Assembly (NCBI GenBank): GCA_964234715.1
Contig: OZ174281.1
Source: Podarcis melisellensis
Lineage: Eukaryota
Direction: 5' to 3' (one strand)
DNA: 64,000 bases
Under the pieces are notes generated by a model that was not told the DNA's origin, did not search any database, and saw only the letters and a list, made by a program, of their open reading frames with translations. A program made the translations under genes and the position numbers. Shown piece by piece: positions 37,103-51,276 of the stretch; the first letter of the stretch is position 1; the number at the start of each line of letters is the position of its first letter.

Positions 37103-40100
37103 AGAGGTTGGGCACGGCTGTTTTAGGATGAGTGGACATTGCTACCTTTGCTCACATCCATCCTTTGCTGTTAAAATTACCATCACCATCATTTTTACTC
37201 CACCTTTTTCTCCAAGGAGCTGAAAGTGGTGTACATGGTTCTCCCCATCTCAATTAATCCTAACAACCCTGCGAGTTCGATTAGGCTTACACTTGCACCT
37301 CCTTTTCCTTTCTACCCTTCTCATAATTTAGATTGCAAGTTCCTTGGTGAAAGAAGTAGCAACTGGTGTAGATCTCTGAGCCCGGGTTTTATATGCTAAC
37401 CAGGCCTCCCTCCTGCCAGCAATCATGCTGCAGCATTCTGCACTAACTGCAGCTTCCGGATCAAGCGCAAGGGAAGCCTCAGATAGAGCGCCTTGCAGTA
37501 TCCAGTCTTGAAGGAATGGCCCTAGCAGTTGAACCATGCCCTTTCCCAGGATACTCTATTTGTCTCTGGGAGAACTTTTCCTAAGTTTTCATTGAGCTAT
37601 TTCTCCTCCCTAATGTGAATTAGAGTTTGTTCTGAATAAAATGGTTTAGGCATCCTCTGTGTAAACAAAAGAACATGTCTTTCACATACCTTGCTCACCA
37701 TCTTGAGCAAGACACTCAGCTTAACCTTCCCTGCAAGGTTGTTTAAAAGAATGAATAATATGGATTCATTCTAGTGTGATCCCTGAAAGTGTGAGAAACT
37801 ACAGGAGACTTGTAAAGGCTCTTGTGGTTATGTGCCTAATGTCTGGTGGGGCCTTTGTGGGTCAAAGGAGACTAGCGCCTGTTGGAGAACCATTCTAGAT
37901 GTGGCCCCGGGGCAGTTCCATTTGTTGTGTCCACATGTCTGCTCTGTTCCTGCATAAATCAAGGGGGTTGGGGGGTTTCTAATGAAAACAAACAAAAGGG
38001 GCTTACAGGTGATGGGAATACCATGAGAATGGAGCAGAAATGTGAATAACCAAACATGTCCACATCTATCATGCCTAGATCCATCCTGATTTTCTGGTTG
38101 TTGCTCAAATGACTCTTTTTCTCCCCCCCCCCATTTGTTTCTTTAATTTCACAGCATTTATTTACATAGAATTTCAGAATGCCCAGATTGCTTCATATTC
38201 ATTTCCTTGTTGCATCCATTTCAACTGCTGTGGAAAGTAGGTCGGAATTATTATTTCCATAATGCAGATGGAAGAGGCAGGATTAGGCAGAATTGGCTGC
38301 CTTAGGACTCACTTCACGGCAGAGGCAAGATTCAGACCGGGGACTTCACTTTCTTTCTTAGCTACTGTGCAACTTAGCTCTCTAGAATCTTGAATTTGAC
38401 TTAAGTGAGGCTGGAATGACAATGCCAGATTAGGCTTGAAGATTCCTCAGGGTATTGATGACAGGATTCAGAAGGTTAAAGGAGCTTTAAGATGATCTAC
38501 ACTTTTGTTGATCTTCTGATACCTGCATTATGGATTTCTTTTGCCTGCAGGCTGAATATGAGGAATGTAGCTACATTTTACTGTGAAGCGGAAATGATAT
38601 TTTACTGTCAAGTTTTTACGATTCTGTACATGTGCCTGGACTAGAGTTTCCCTGACAAGCAAATTTAATCTCTAAAATAAAATTTCAGGTTGCTTCTAGT
38701 AGAAATTCTGCATCAGATACCAATCATGGATTCAGAACAATATGGGGAACCTGCTCAAGATCCAGGAGTAGTCATTTGGGCTTAAAACTATTACGTGAAA
38801 AGTATGGTAAAAAATAATAACATAGACCAGGCTTCCTCAAGCTTGGCCCTCCAGATTTTTTTTGGCCTACAACTCCCATGATCCCTAGCCAGCTGAACCC
38901 ATCTCACTGCTATCATGTAGGGGCTGGGGAAGGAGCTGGCAGGTGAAGGTGTATTTGGCTGGAGCGTACCAAAGGATCAAGACTCTTTTCGGTTCATTGG
39001 AGAGATGCTTATGCCTCCCTGTTCAAAATCCACTGGCCATTGTGTAGCAACCTTTTTTATTTTGGGAGAAGCACTGGAAGAATGTGTGAAGTCTATATGT
39101 CCCTTTGTTATTTTCCCAAGAGGGATAGGGAGCTTTGTCATTGGTAGAGATCTTTCCTTACATAGCTTTCACACAAGTTTCTAGTCCTGGGCATCCCTAT
39201 GCAGGCTGGCGGAGTTTGGAAACAAACAGTTACAGAAGATGTTACGGCGCTGGTGAACAGTTGGTTTGGCTTTGCTGCAACCAGATCAGTAGCAGCTAGT
39301 GGTAGGGGCATGTTTCAACCTGATCACCTTCAAAAGTTGTTAGATAATTTATTAGATAATTTTTCATATTCTTTGGTTTGTTTTTGACGTTTGTTTTGTT
39401 ATGTTATTGCTCACGGCTTTGGGCTTCCTTTTGGAAAAGCAGTGAACAAACATGAAATGAAAAGCTCTGAGTTCCTCCTTTTTTACATAATAGGGAAACT
39501 AACCTAAAAAGGAAAGCATGGGTTGGGATAAAGCAGATGGATGCTGTTCAGAAGAAATGAGTCAGCCATGGTATGCTTTGCCTCGGGCCCTAAGAAACAA
39601 AGGCAGGTCCGGAATAGGAGCATGTTGAGAACGTGGGTGCAACTGTTTGGATAGAAATGAGAAATAGGATCAGTCAGGGTTTTTTAAAAAAGCATTTCCT
39701 AACTGACATAGCAATCTTATACAGTAAGCCTGCAACTTACGCAACTTACGTGTGCACTGAGCTTTATGCATGTGGCAGCGAATAAATAAATCAAAGGGAG
39801 TGGGGCACTCAGGAATAATGGCTTTGGCAATCCTCCCTGCCATTGAACCCAATGGGTTTTGACTTGACGCAATTTTGCCTTTAGGCAGGATCCCTGGAAT
39901 GTAAACCCTGTGTAAGCTGCGGGCTTTGTGTACTACCATCGCAACAGGGCCAGAGATAAACCCCTGTGACGTCACTGGAACGGTCACCATATCCAAAGTG
40001 TGCCAAGTTCAGGAGGTGGAAAATAGGAGAGTGGAAAATTCTTGTCTGCTGATGTTTTCATACATAATGGTTACTTTAAAGTTGCAATGTTTTGGCTTTT

Positions 40101-40560
40101 GGAGTGGTAGAGTTCAGAGACAAAGGATATTGGGGGGCTGTAGCGGAGGATAAATGTTGGGTGCTTCAAGACTGTTGCTATTTGGGCGTGGGACGCAAAT
40201 CACATACTGGCAAATTCAGCTTCTGCAATCAAAGTTGATTTGGAGCTCTTGAACAGGCAACCCAATTCTCCACAAAATTTGGCTTTTTAAAATAAGAAAA
40301 GTGACACGGAAATGTACTAGAAAGTACTTGATGCAACATCGTAAATCATCTATGCAAACAAACAAATTAGAGTGAATATGCAATAAGCAGGTTACCTGGA
40401 AGCAACTTTCATTCATTTTAAAGGACTTCTTTCCCTCACTTTCTCCTCTAGCTCCCTCTGCTGATTCTTGTTTACAGTACTTTTCCTTCCTTCAGTTTCA
40501 TGCCATTGCCACGTTTCCAGGCAGCATAGTCAGGTTTTGCTGGGAGTTTTCTCTTAAGGT

Positions 40561-40760
40561 AAGAACATAAACATAAGAGCCTAAGTAGAGCCTGCTGGAT
40601 CAAGGCAATGGCCCACCTGTTCTCACAGTGGCCAACTAGAGGATTGTGGGAAACCCGCAAGCAGCACATGAGCAAAAGAGCCCTCTCCCTTCCTGGCCTT
40701 ATATCAGGGCCCCTTGGTGCCACGGCCATTTCCATGACTAGCACTGCTAGCTGCTGCCCA
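40561..40760 (-). mobile_element. Old CR1 3' UTR fragment
   Basis: ACATAAGAG...GCCTGCTGGATCAAGGC...TCTCACAGTGGCCAAC, homologous to 60538 and (inverted) 50340-50408. Confidence 0.6.
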
Positions 40761-41513
40761 GCCATCTCCAGATGACCCCTCACATGCCCGGGGCTCATTA
40801 TGGGATTCCAAGATTGGAAGATGATGCTTTGGAATTGCTAGCCTAGCAGGTATACTAAGCAAAAGCAGTTTAGTTTATTCAAAGACCTAATGAGGAGAAT
40901 GAAAATGTCTGCCAGCAGTCATCAAGTGCTTCCCTTAGGAAATGAAAAAAATGGGTCTCGTGGTTTCCTTGGCATCTGCCAGCAGAGATCAGAGTGAGCC
41001 GGTGCTGTTTTCCAAGGCACTTGAGTTAGGAGCTGTGAGAAACTCTGGGCATCTTCACACAAAATGGAATATAAGCTGCCTAAAGCACGAAGCATATTAG
41101 ACTCCATATTACGTTTTGTATTTTATGGGAATTCAGAGTCCATAATTACCTGCTAATGGGTTCCAGCAGGATTGGGATATGTCTGGGTAAGTTTAATATC
41201 TAGCTATTCTCCCCTATGAACTTAGATTGGATGTTTTGGCACATATGTTAATGGGAATGGAAGGAGGTGGCATTCATCCCACACATGACGTACTCACTTC
41301 CTTCACTCAGACAAATAGAGAAGGTAGGTATCCATTCCTCCACCATTACCCGACAGTCTTATCTGCAGAAACACTAGTTTCTGGACCCAAATGATACTGA
41401 TTAAGTTAGACCCAGTGGGAAGGAAACCCTGTTCCAAAAATTTCCAAGTAAAGGTTTATTGGCCCTCTAGCTTAAATCTACACAGCAATCTATCTCAATA
41501 TATTATCTCAATA

Positions 41514-41559
<46 letters not shown>
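41514..41559. repeat. (ATT)n microsatellite
   Basis: About 15 ATT units. Confidence 0.95.
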
Positions 41560-41919
41560 TCTAGATGAAAAGGTATAAGCCAAAATGTGAACTCCCCTAA
41601 ACAGCATGTGTGTGACTGTGTAAAATCCCACCTTTTTCACTTCACTACAGGTTTACAAGTTTTGTGAAATTTCTCTTGGCGCTTATGTCTGATTTAGAAG
41701 CTCAGTTCCTAAATCTATTCATAGGGAAATTATCCTTATTCTCTCTTCCTATATCAGCCAGGACTTTTGCTGGCTGCCCTATGAGCAGAGACTTGCAGGC
41801 TGCTAGCACTCTGCTCAGCTGCAGAAAATTCTGTGCTGAATTCTCCTCACTGTCCTTATGTAGCCTCTCTACCAATCTTCCCCGTAAACCAGTGAGTCAG
41901 CTCTTTGGGGCAGGCTATA

Positions 41920-42045
41920 CAGTCATACCTTGGATCCCAAACGCCTTGGTGCTCGAACGTTTTGGCTCCTGAATGCCACAAACCCGGAAGTGAGTGTTCT
42001 GGTTTGCGAACGTCCTTTGAAACACGAATGTCTGACGGGACTTCC
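41920..42045. mobile_element. Partial Tigger-like MITE (8397-8596 family)
   Basis: TA + CAGTCATACCTTGGATCC start; colinear with the reverse complement of 8480-8596. Confidence 0.75.
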
Positions 42046-42989
42046 GTATTATTATTTTTTGACTTGGTACATATGTGTGTTTGCCCCTCTTAATTTTAAA
42101 AGTTTATATTTATTGTGTAATTAGAAGCATTGTGGTCTTGTGGTTGAAATGCATGTGATATATGAACAAACTTAGAAGCTTTAGAAAACTTCGTTCTGGT
42201 TTATGGTAGTGGATTTGGAGTTGTAGATGCTCAGAACTGTTGTTATGAGGCATAATAATAAGGCATTTTTGAGTGCCTTCAAGCAAATATAACACATTTC
42301 AATATGTGTTATAGATTCAAATAAAGGATATATCTCATTGTATCAAATAGCATGTGACTAGTAATTTGTGAGAAATTATAAAGGCTATTTACATAAACCT
42401 TCCGCTCAGTTTGATAATAATGTTGTCCTTCCTTACTTGGGAGTGAGCACCATTGAGCTGAAGGGGAGTCGCTGCTGAGCAAAGAGGCAGAGGATCAGGC
42501 TGCCTGGGTTGGCTCTGGACATTGAAAAGAGGACGCATGCGTGACTTGTGCTTCCTCTTTCCACAGTTCCACATAATGTCTAAAGTCGTGCCTCCTGCTT
42601 CTTCCCCATTAGGCCATCAGGTGAGATTCATTTTTTTGTGTTATTTTATGGCACTGTCTAGGAATGACTTTCAATCCATCTATTACTAATATAGCACAAT
42701 GCTTTACATTGTGACATTTTAAAGTCTCTTTCCTGCCCTGAGCAGTTTCCAATCTAAATTTCAGCAGAAGGGAGGCAGCTGAGGGAGGGGTTCCCAGCAG
42801 AGGGAAGAGGGGGCAAGGAGATCAAGAGGCTGCACCTACAACCATGCACTTACACATATTTAGGCTTTATTTATTTATTTTGAACATTTATAAACTAGCC
42901 ATAATTTTAAAAAATGGATTTGAGGGTAGTATACAAAGAATTTTTTTTTTTAATATGCCAGAGTTCTGGCTTCTAAACCATTTTCAAGG

Positions 42990-43440
42990 ACAGCCTCAAG
43001 CATTTTATTATTAGTTCAACCTGGAGGTTACCAGATCATGAGTAATGGAGATCAGCCTATCTCTGTTTGGATAAAAAACTGCAGCTGATCCAATTGCACC
43101 TTTATCCAACTCTGGTCTCAATGACATGGGGTTCCTTCTACCAACTTGGGTTGGCTCCAGTTGGTAAAAGGTACCCCATGTCATTGAGACCACTTGTATC
43201 TGAAGTGACAGAGTTGGATCAAGGAGCATCTCTAAGCTGTGTACCTGCTCCATTCAGAACAGTCAATACACCAACTATCTTACTGTGGAACCACAAACTC
43301 ACAGTGCATCCATCTCATCAGCACTCAGCTTCAGTTTACTAACCCTTTCTCAATGCATTCCTGACTCCAGACAGCAGCTTATAGCTTAGCACTTTCACAG
43401 CAATGCTGATGATAAGAAAAAATAAGAGCTGGGTGTCATA
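42990..43440 (-). mobile_element. Degraded L2 fragment with an internal inverted duplication
   Basis: EQVHSLEMLLDPTLSL...FYQL...THDLVTSRLN on the minus strand. Confidence 0.7.
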
Positions 43441-45249
43441 GGAGTGTGTATTGGTCTCACATTTGGCTGAGTACTTGTGCATTTTATTTTATTTTTTGAA
43501 AATCTTATCTGTTTATGAATTGCTTTGTTCTTTTCCCACCTTGTTCTTTGTTCTGGGTTCTGAGCCGCTCTCTATAAAATGAAGCTCTCTGTTGCTCTTC
43601 CGCTATAACAGGGAATTTAAAAAACAACTATTACTTTCCACACTTTTGACCAAAGTGGGTTAAATTTACAGGCCCAGAAGTCTATATGCCATTTTCATTT
43701 TCTGCCAGAATTATTTTCAGAATGACAGGTATTGTGATTCTCCGGCAACGTCAGACTTTAACCTTTTGGGGTAGGAACAATAGGAATTGCAGGGGGTGGG
43801 GAAAAGAGCAGGGAGCCCACGGAAAGACTGGAATTGGGAAAAAGTCACACACATCCAGCATGACCTTGTTGCCCCAAAGACTATTGGTGGTGGTGGCGGC
43901 CTCTTCACTGATTTGGGGAGATCTTGTGAGAGAGATCTTTAAATATTGACTTGCATGTGGGAGGGATGGTGCAAAAATCCCAAGGGAACCCTGGGATGGG
44001 GGGAAATGTCACTCTGTTGCCCAAGTGTAGTTGGTGGGGTGGACAGGCTTCTGCCCCCCATGTTCTTTGAGAAGATACAATGGAGATACAAGTACCCCTC
44101 AGCCAGGACCTTGTTACAGAGTGGGCTTCTGCCCCTCTCCCCACATATTCTTGGGGATACAAAGAGGAGCTCGCTATTAACACACACAGGACCACATGAC
44201 AAAAAGACACAGGCTTTAATACTTTCTCCAGATCACTGTGATTGGAGTGCCTTGGGAAATAATTCCCTGTGATTAAAATCTAGGCCTGTCTGTCTCCACT
44301 ACTTTTGTCTCAGCCTCTGGTCATTCCCCCAATCAGGGGGGACATAGTGGATTTAAAGACCCAACTAATCTTCATACTTGGTTGGTATGAAAGATGGACT
44401 TGCTTACTGCACAAATCCACTGGAGAAAAGTAGTTCTGAAAATCATTCTTCTAAACACATTCTTCAAAGTGTATGTGCAGCTGTCTGCAGGAGTGTTGTC
44501 CCAGTCATCACTTTGGATGTGACACAGAAGTGTAGAAGGAGGATGAATCACACATGCATCATTTTTAGCACTTCCAGATAATGTCCAAAGCAGTTTGCAG
44601 AAGGGACATTGTAGAATATTCAAACCTTGTTTTTCTTAATTATGTACAAGGTAGAAAATATATAAACACTGGGAGAACATTCCTCTCTCTCTCTGTGCAT
44701 GTCCATGTGTGCATGTGTGTGTGTCCATGGAAGGAGCTGAAGGCAGCTTATTTCCTTTTCTATCCTGGTGTTTTTACAAAAGTATCTCCCCTCCTATTGA
44801 CACTACAGTTGCCCATATTATGTAAGGAATGCCCATATTATGGGATGCCAGGGTTCAGTTCTGCTTTGAGCCATTAAGCTGGGTCTCTCACACTCCGTGA
44901 GGGTAAAGGAGTGAGAATACACATCCTTGAGTGCTTTGGAGAAAAAAGCGGTATACTGATGTAAAGTAACAAGTAAATAAATAATAAACTCAGTTTGAGG
45001 TCTTTTGTAGCAGCCTTCATATGAAAAATTTAGTTAGAAACTTCATAACCAAGGACCAATAACTCACTCCTATCAGTTTAGATGGAATGGTGATTTAGGT
45101 TTGAGAGCTCTTCTCTTTCCTTCTTTCTTTCCATATGTACACTTATATGTAACTGTGTACAATGAGTATTGCTACTATTACTGATAAATGTAATCTGCAT
45201 ATAAAAAAGGTAAAGGACCCCTGACTAATATCCAATTTATATGTATGTA

Positions 45250-45489
45250 CAGTGGTACCTCAGTTTAAGAACAGTCCTGTTTACGAACGATTCAGTTTAC
45301 GAACTCCTTAAAACCAGAAGTAGTGTCCCGGTTTATGAACTTTACCTCGGTCTAAGAATGGAATCTGAACGGTGGAAGGGCACCGGCAGAGGGAGGCCTC
45401 TTAGGGAAAGTGCGCCTCAGTTTAAGAACAGTTTCAGTTTAAGAATGGACTACCAGAACGGATTAAGTTCGTAAACTGAGGTACCACTG
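45250..45489. mobile_element. Tc1/Tigger-like MITE
   Basis: Perfect 18-bp TIR CAGTGGTACCTCAGTTTA, TA flanks. Confidence 0.9.
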
Positions 45490-45904
45490 TACAGGAGTAA
45501 TGAAGTGACTGGCTAATGTGCAGAACAACCAGCCATTGTGCATTTTTCTGTGCCACATGGAGAATGTACAAATAATCTGTCCATGAAGAGGGAATCGTGC
45601 AGCCTTCCCGGTCAACATACATAATTCTCCAACAAGCCTTGGGGAAAATGCATATCTGTACATCATTTTACACATTCAAAATACATAATCTCCAACAAGA
45701 CAGGGGAAATCTGCATATGTCAACAGGATTGTGTGCATTCGCCAGGCATTATTAGGATCTTTAGGTAAGCTGGAACAGGAAACTTGAATGGCAACTCATT
45801 GTTGCGACATATTTAACTGAGATGACTCTATAATTGTATAGGCCATGGCTGTTTTCATTTACAAGATTCCCATATATGGGAACAGGGACTGGAATCCTAT
45901 ACAT

Positions 45905-46420
45905 ACCCCACCTGGGGTACTGTGTCCAGTTCTGGGCACCACAATTTAAGAAGGATATTGACAAGCAGGAATGTGGTCAGATGAGATTGACCAAGATGAC
46001 CAAGGGTCTGGAAACCAAGCCTTATGAGGGATGTTTGAGGGATCTGGACATGTTTAGCCTAGAGAAGAGGAGACTGAGAGAAGATAGAATAGCCATCTTC
46101 AAATAGCTAAAGGGCTGTCACACGGAGGATGGGGCAAGCTTGTTTTCTCCTGCTTCGGAGGCTAGGACTTGAACCAATGGATTCAAGTTACAAGAAAAGA
46201 GGTTCTGACTAAACAGCAGGAATAACTTTCTGGCAGAGCTTTTAGACAGTGGAACAGACTCCCTCAAGAAGTGGTGGGTTCTCTTTCTGTGGAGGTTTTC
46301 AAGCAGAGGTTGCATGGGCATCTGGCATGTATGATCTAGTTGAGATTCCTGCATTTCAGGAGGGGGGGGTCAGGGTCCCAATTCTACAATTCTATGATTC
46401 TGTTGATTCTGTGATTCTGT
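45905..46420 (+). mobile_element. CR1 LINE 3' fragment
   Basis: [19 protein letters not shown]...[17 protein letters not shown]; (ATTCTRTG)n tail. Confidence 0.92.
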
Positions 46421-47311
46421 ACCTTAGAGAAAGTCTTACTGAACTCGGTGTTACTTACTTCTAAGTAGAGATAGGATTGCACAATGAATGGACTGTCTAG
46501 GAAACAGGTCAAAACGGTGGGAAGTTTACTGAAATGTCAGGTTAGTGTGCTGTAGCAGTTTGGGCATTAGACCAGCTCAAAAATATTTGTTCATTTGACA
46601 GCTTTACCATCTGTCACATAGTTACTTTCAAAGAAATAATTAATGTTGGGTTTTTTTGGCGGGAGGAGGACTTTTTAGTCATTGGTGGTTTGGTACTTTT
46701 GCCACTTACAAAAACAATTAGGTAACTTATTTTTAAAGTATGAGCTTAACTTTCAAATTGTAATAAATTTACATGTTAATTATTCCCCGAACAAGCTTTT
46801 AACCTGGAATATTAGGGTTAGCCAAGAATTGCACACTTTTTAAAAAAAATGAAACAAACTAAGGCCTTTTTTAAAAGTACATTCTTAAAGGCAGTTGTTC
46901 AAAGCGGGGCTTATTCATCACACATTATCAGCATCATGGCTTCATGGAACACTTGGCAATATTTGACCTGTCCATTGACCAGAGTGCCCTAATATCTAGA
47001 ATCCTCTGGTTTGCCTCATTGCAAATTTAGGGCTGTTGCAGAAGATACCATTTGGCAGCTCAGGTTGCAGTCCTGTGAATGTGTCATGGAACTCAGTGAA
47101 ACTAACATGCACAGGGAAATAGGCTGCAAAATAATCAGGAGGATAGAGGGACAAATTCCTTTGACATAAATGTTAAAGGTCTGTGGGTTGTATCCCATGC
47201 TAGGTCCATTAATATTAGTGGCTGGAATTCAGGGCCTGCCCAAGACATTTTGGCACCTGAGCCAAAGCACTAAATGGTTCCCCCGCCACCACCAGGGAAG
47301 AAGGGCTGAGT

Positions 47312-47557
47312 GAAGAAGAGGAGGAGTTTGGATTTGATATCCCGCTTTATCACTACCCGAAGGAGTCTCCAAGCGGCTAACATTCTCCTTTCCCTTCCTC
47401 CCTCACAACAAACACTCTGTGAGGTGAGTGGGGCTGAGAGACTTCAGAGAAGTGTGACCGGCCCAAGGTCACCCAGCAGCTGCATGTGGAGGAGCGGGGA
47501 AGCAAACCCGGTTCCCCAGATTACGAGTCTACCGCTCTTAACCACTACACCACACTG
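47312..47557 (-). mobile_element. Squam3-type tRNA SINE
   Basis: Reverse complement of 56526-56779; TGGTGTAGTGG A box; (CTT)n-type tail. Confidence 0.88.
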
Positions 47558-47571
47558 ACATACAATGGAAA

Positions 47572-47573
<2 letters not shown>

Positions 47574-47605
<32 letters not shown>
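47574..47605. repeat. (GT)n microsatellite
   Basis: About 16 GT units. Confidence 0.95.
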
Positions 47606-47607
<2 letters not shown>

Positions 47608-50189
47608 GTCTAATCAACTGTAGCTGATGGTTGAAGTTGGAATCAAAGGCTGTCAGAGGGGAAAGAGGTCTTGTCTGAATTATGCTGGGCAGGTGCAGGG
47701 CCCAGGAGACCCCAGAGAGGAGCCCCCATCATTTCCTCCCAAGGGGTGGGAGGAGACCAGCAGCACCTCCTATTCACCAAGAGGTCACTGTAGAGGTGGC
47801 GTGTGGAGACGGGAAGGGGGGCTGCTAAGGATGAGGCAGATCCAGCCTCCAAGAAGCATGCTGCAGTTGTTGTGGCTTCTGTGGCAGCAGCAGCAGCAGC
47901 AGCAGGCAATGCATTCCCTGGAGGTTGCCAGGAGCGTAGGAAGGGGCGGGCGGGGAGGTGGACCGCCCTGGGTGCCCTCACTGAGGGGTCTGACATTCAA
48001 TGCGCTGCCCATCCACGACTCCCAAGCCTACCCCAAGCCGTTGGCATTCCCTCCTTCCCCCTTCATTTTGACAGCTTGGGGAAGACTTGGGAGTCATGGG
48101 TGGGCAGCGTGCTGAATGACTTCCATGGGTGACTCGCTTCGCTCCCAGCTGTAGAGCATGTGCACCACTCCGGGCACCCAAGCACCATGCCCCCCTCAGG
48201 AGCACATCTGCCCTGGGCAGCACCCGCCCTGGGCAGCCTGGGCATATGCTCCGCTGCTGTCTGTTGCCCCTGTGAATCCAGCCTCCCAAGGTGGTCACCT
48301 CATCTTGCCTCATGGGTTGGTCGGTTGAAATTCAATGTTACTCTGTTACAGATTTTCTGTCCTCACACGCATTTCAGTTTGCCAGGTGGAACAATTCCCC
48401 TTGCATGCTGCTCTGCAGGTTCTCCCAATGTCCCCAGGCTGGGGGGGGGGGCATGCAGGGGGAAAGCCCTGTTGCGCAGGGCATTGTGCAGGACTGCTGC
48501 TGATGGGGCTCCTTGGGTGAATCCTGCCCAATGGCTCTACTCTGAGCAGCAAGGTGGATACAACTCTGGTTTGGTTTTAGTTTCGAAAGAAGGCAACAAT
48601 TAAGAGGACGGCAACATCATAGTCATTTATAGCACTATTCACATTTAATGAATTGTGTAGGGTTAAAGGAAAAGTTATTGTCATTTTTGACTAGGGCACC
48701 CAGTGAAATTTTCTGGCAGATGAAAGGAAGCACATCTTCACACAGTGCCTAATTAATTTACAACACTCACTCCAGTAGCTCGGGTGGTTGTTTCTAGGCT
48801 TATCAGTGGTTCTAAGTCAGGATGGCTGAGGAGAGACCTCAACTCTTTCTGCATATCAAAAGGAATGTGTCTAGATACATGGAAGCAGCCTCTTTTGTTG
48901 TTCATTAGGAAAGCAAATGCAAATCATCTGGATCATGCCTCTTCCTTGCACCGCATACCCGTTTTTGTCCTGAAAAAGAAAACGCATCTTCTTGAGTTCT
49001 CTGCATTCTTTCTGCTGGGCTGCTATCCCTTGGGTATTGTACATTATTTTTTGAGCTTTGCGGACGTGCTCAGGGCTGTTGCTAAAATATCTGTGTTTGT
49101 ATTGATTATTTGGTAGGCTTCTGAATCTGCGCTGCTCAAACAGGAACTTACATAAGCTTTCGTATTCCCCAGGGTAGTTGTTTTCAGTCAGACTGAGCTG
49201 ACTTTTGCCTGCACTGAGCTTTTGGGTTTCACAGATTCTTCTTCAGGACATTGAACAAAGCAATAAATAAAATAATAATAATAATACCTAAAACATATAT
49301 TTTTTTTAAAAAAGCATGATGGTGGACCCTGCCTGACATTTGCCTGAAGTTTGCCCTGCCTGAAGTTTGCTGCTGCTGATAAATATAAGATGATTTCCAT
49401 CCTTGATACAGTTCAATCTGTCCTAGCAAAAATATTTATATATTAATATTTATATATGTTCTAGCAAAAATGTAATTCCTATATTTATATATGGTTTTAT
49501 ACTAAAACATTCCCTAAGTCATTAATAAAATTAATAAAGATCATAAAGCATTCAGAAAAACGCATACATTAGTGAAAATAAGAAACAAAAATGTATTAGG
49601 GAGAATTGCTTGGAAAGCTTGCATGTTTGGCAAGGATGGATAAAATGCTTGTATTAAGGAGAATTTCACACTGAAATGCTGATGAGAGCTTTTAAAGATA
49701 AATAAATTGAAAATTGATATGGAACTGTGGGGAACTGAATTTAAGATTGGAAGAATGATTAACAGAGAATCCCAAACTGTCAGATTCATCCATCCCTACC
49801 ACTAAGAGATACACAACACACAGAAATTATGTCTTACATCTGCACAAATCATACTGTGCCTACCCTTCTCTAATATCACTAATTCCATACCCCCCTGTAC
49901 CTCATACACATCCGTAAACACTCCATCTATTTAATCACTCCAATATTCATTCTCTCTCCAATATCTTGTGCTCTGTCACCAAACCACTATCACCAACCAC
50001 TTCTTCCACTCCACTCTAAAATATGCTGTAAAACACCAGGAGACAGTGGAGCACTTCACTTACAGAACCATATAAAGTATCAAAACAAATTTCTCCCCAT
50101 CCATCACACAGATGTACTATATGCACCCTGGTGCTCCTTCCTCTCTTCCAGGAGAGCCCTCAGGCACCTTAGCCCATCACAGCAAACAG

Positions 50190-50612
50190 CTAAACTATGG
50201 GATAAATGGTGGCCACAGACTTGGGGGGCTTTAAAAGAGTAGCGGACAAATTCTTGGAGGAATTTGCCTCTGAATGTCAGTTGCTGGGAAGCACATGAGG
50301 GATGAGAACCGTTGTGCTCAAGTCCTGTTTTCAAGTTCCCCATGCTTGGCTCCTGTGAGAACAGGATGCTGGACTAGATGGGCCTGATCCAGCAGCCTCT
50401 TCTTATGCTCAGGAAGAACTTCCTGAGAGTAAGAGCTGTTTGACAGTGGAATTTGCTGCCAAGGAGTGTGGTGGAGTCTCCTTCTTTGGAGGTCTTTAAG
50501 CAGAGGCTTGACAACCATATGTCAGGAGTGCTCTGATGGTGTTTCCTGCTTGGCAGGGGGTTGGACTCGATGGCCCTTGTGGTCTCTTCCAACTCTAGGA
50601 TTCTATGATTCT
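50190..50612 (+). mobile_element. Two abutting CR1 3' ends (old family to about 50408, younger family 50409-50612)
   Basis: GGACTAGATGGGCCTGATCCAGCAG tail, then AGGAAGAACTTCCTGA...TTCCAACTCTAGGATTCTATGATTCT tail. Confidence 0.85.
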
Positions 50613-50930
50613 TACCCTTTTAAAAAACCCATTCTCAAGAAATCCTCCCAGGAGTTCTGCAGTCTAAGGTATATTGACATTTCTAACATTTTTATCTACG
50701 GTACGTTTTGGAACTTTTTACTACTTCCAGTACGTATTTTTATCATTTTGAAATTATTTTGTAGTGATTTTTAACTATCTTAGGGAGGGTGAGACAAGCA
50801 AGGCACAATGTGAATTCTAAGAATCTGACACTGTGATTGCCACTCCGAAAATATTTTGGTGTATGGTGGCCTTTAAGTCTGGTAATATCTTGAAGCTTAA
50901 ATACTGAATTTGGCAAGACAGGGGAGAGAG

Positions 50931-51276
50931 GGAGGCGGGTGGCGCTGTGGGTAAAACCTCAGTGCCTAGGACTTGCTGATCGTATGGTCGGCGGTTCGAA
51001 TCCCCGTGACAGGGTGAGCTCCCGTCGTTTGGTCCCAGCTCCTGCCCACCTAGCAGTTCGAAAGCACTCTTAAGTGCAAGTAGATAAATAGGTACCGCTT
51101 TATAGTGGGAAGGTAAACGGTGTTTCCGTGTGCTGCGCTGGTGCCGGCTCGCCAGAGCAGCTTCGTCACGCTGGCCACGTGACCCAGAATAGCGCTGGCC
51201 CCCGGCCTCTTAAGTGAGATGGGCGCACAATCCTAGAGTCGGACACGACTGGCCCCTTATGGGCAGGGGTACCTTT
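50931..51276 (+). mobile_element. Sauria SINE, full length
   Basis: A/B boxes, GGGGTACCTTT tail, 11-bp TSD AGGGGAGAGAG. Confidence 0.92.

Noticed and set aside
36954-37139. ORF containing a run of X
   Set aside because: Artefact of the N gap.
47627-48603. Long ORFs with polyQ/polyA/polyC tracts
   Set aside because: Produced by a (GCA)n microsatellite and GC-rich TE relics; no splice or homology support.
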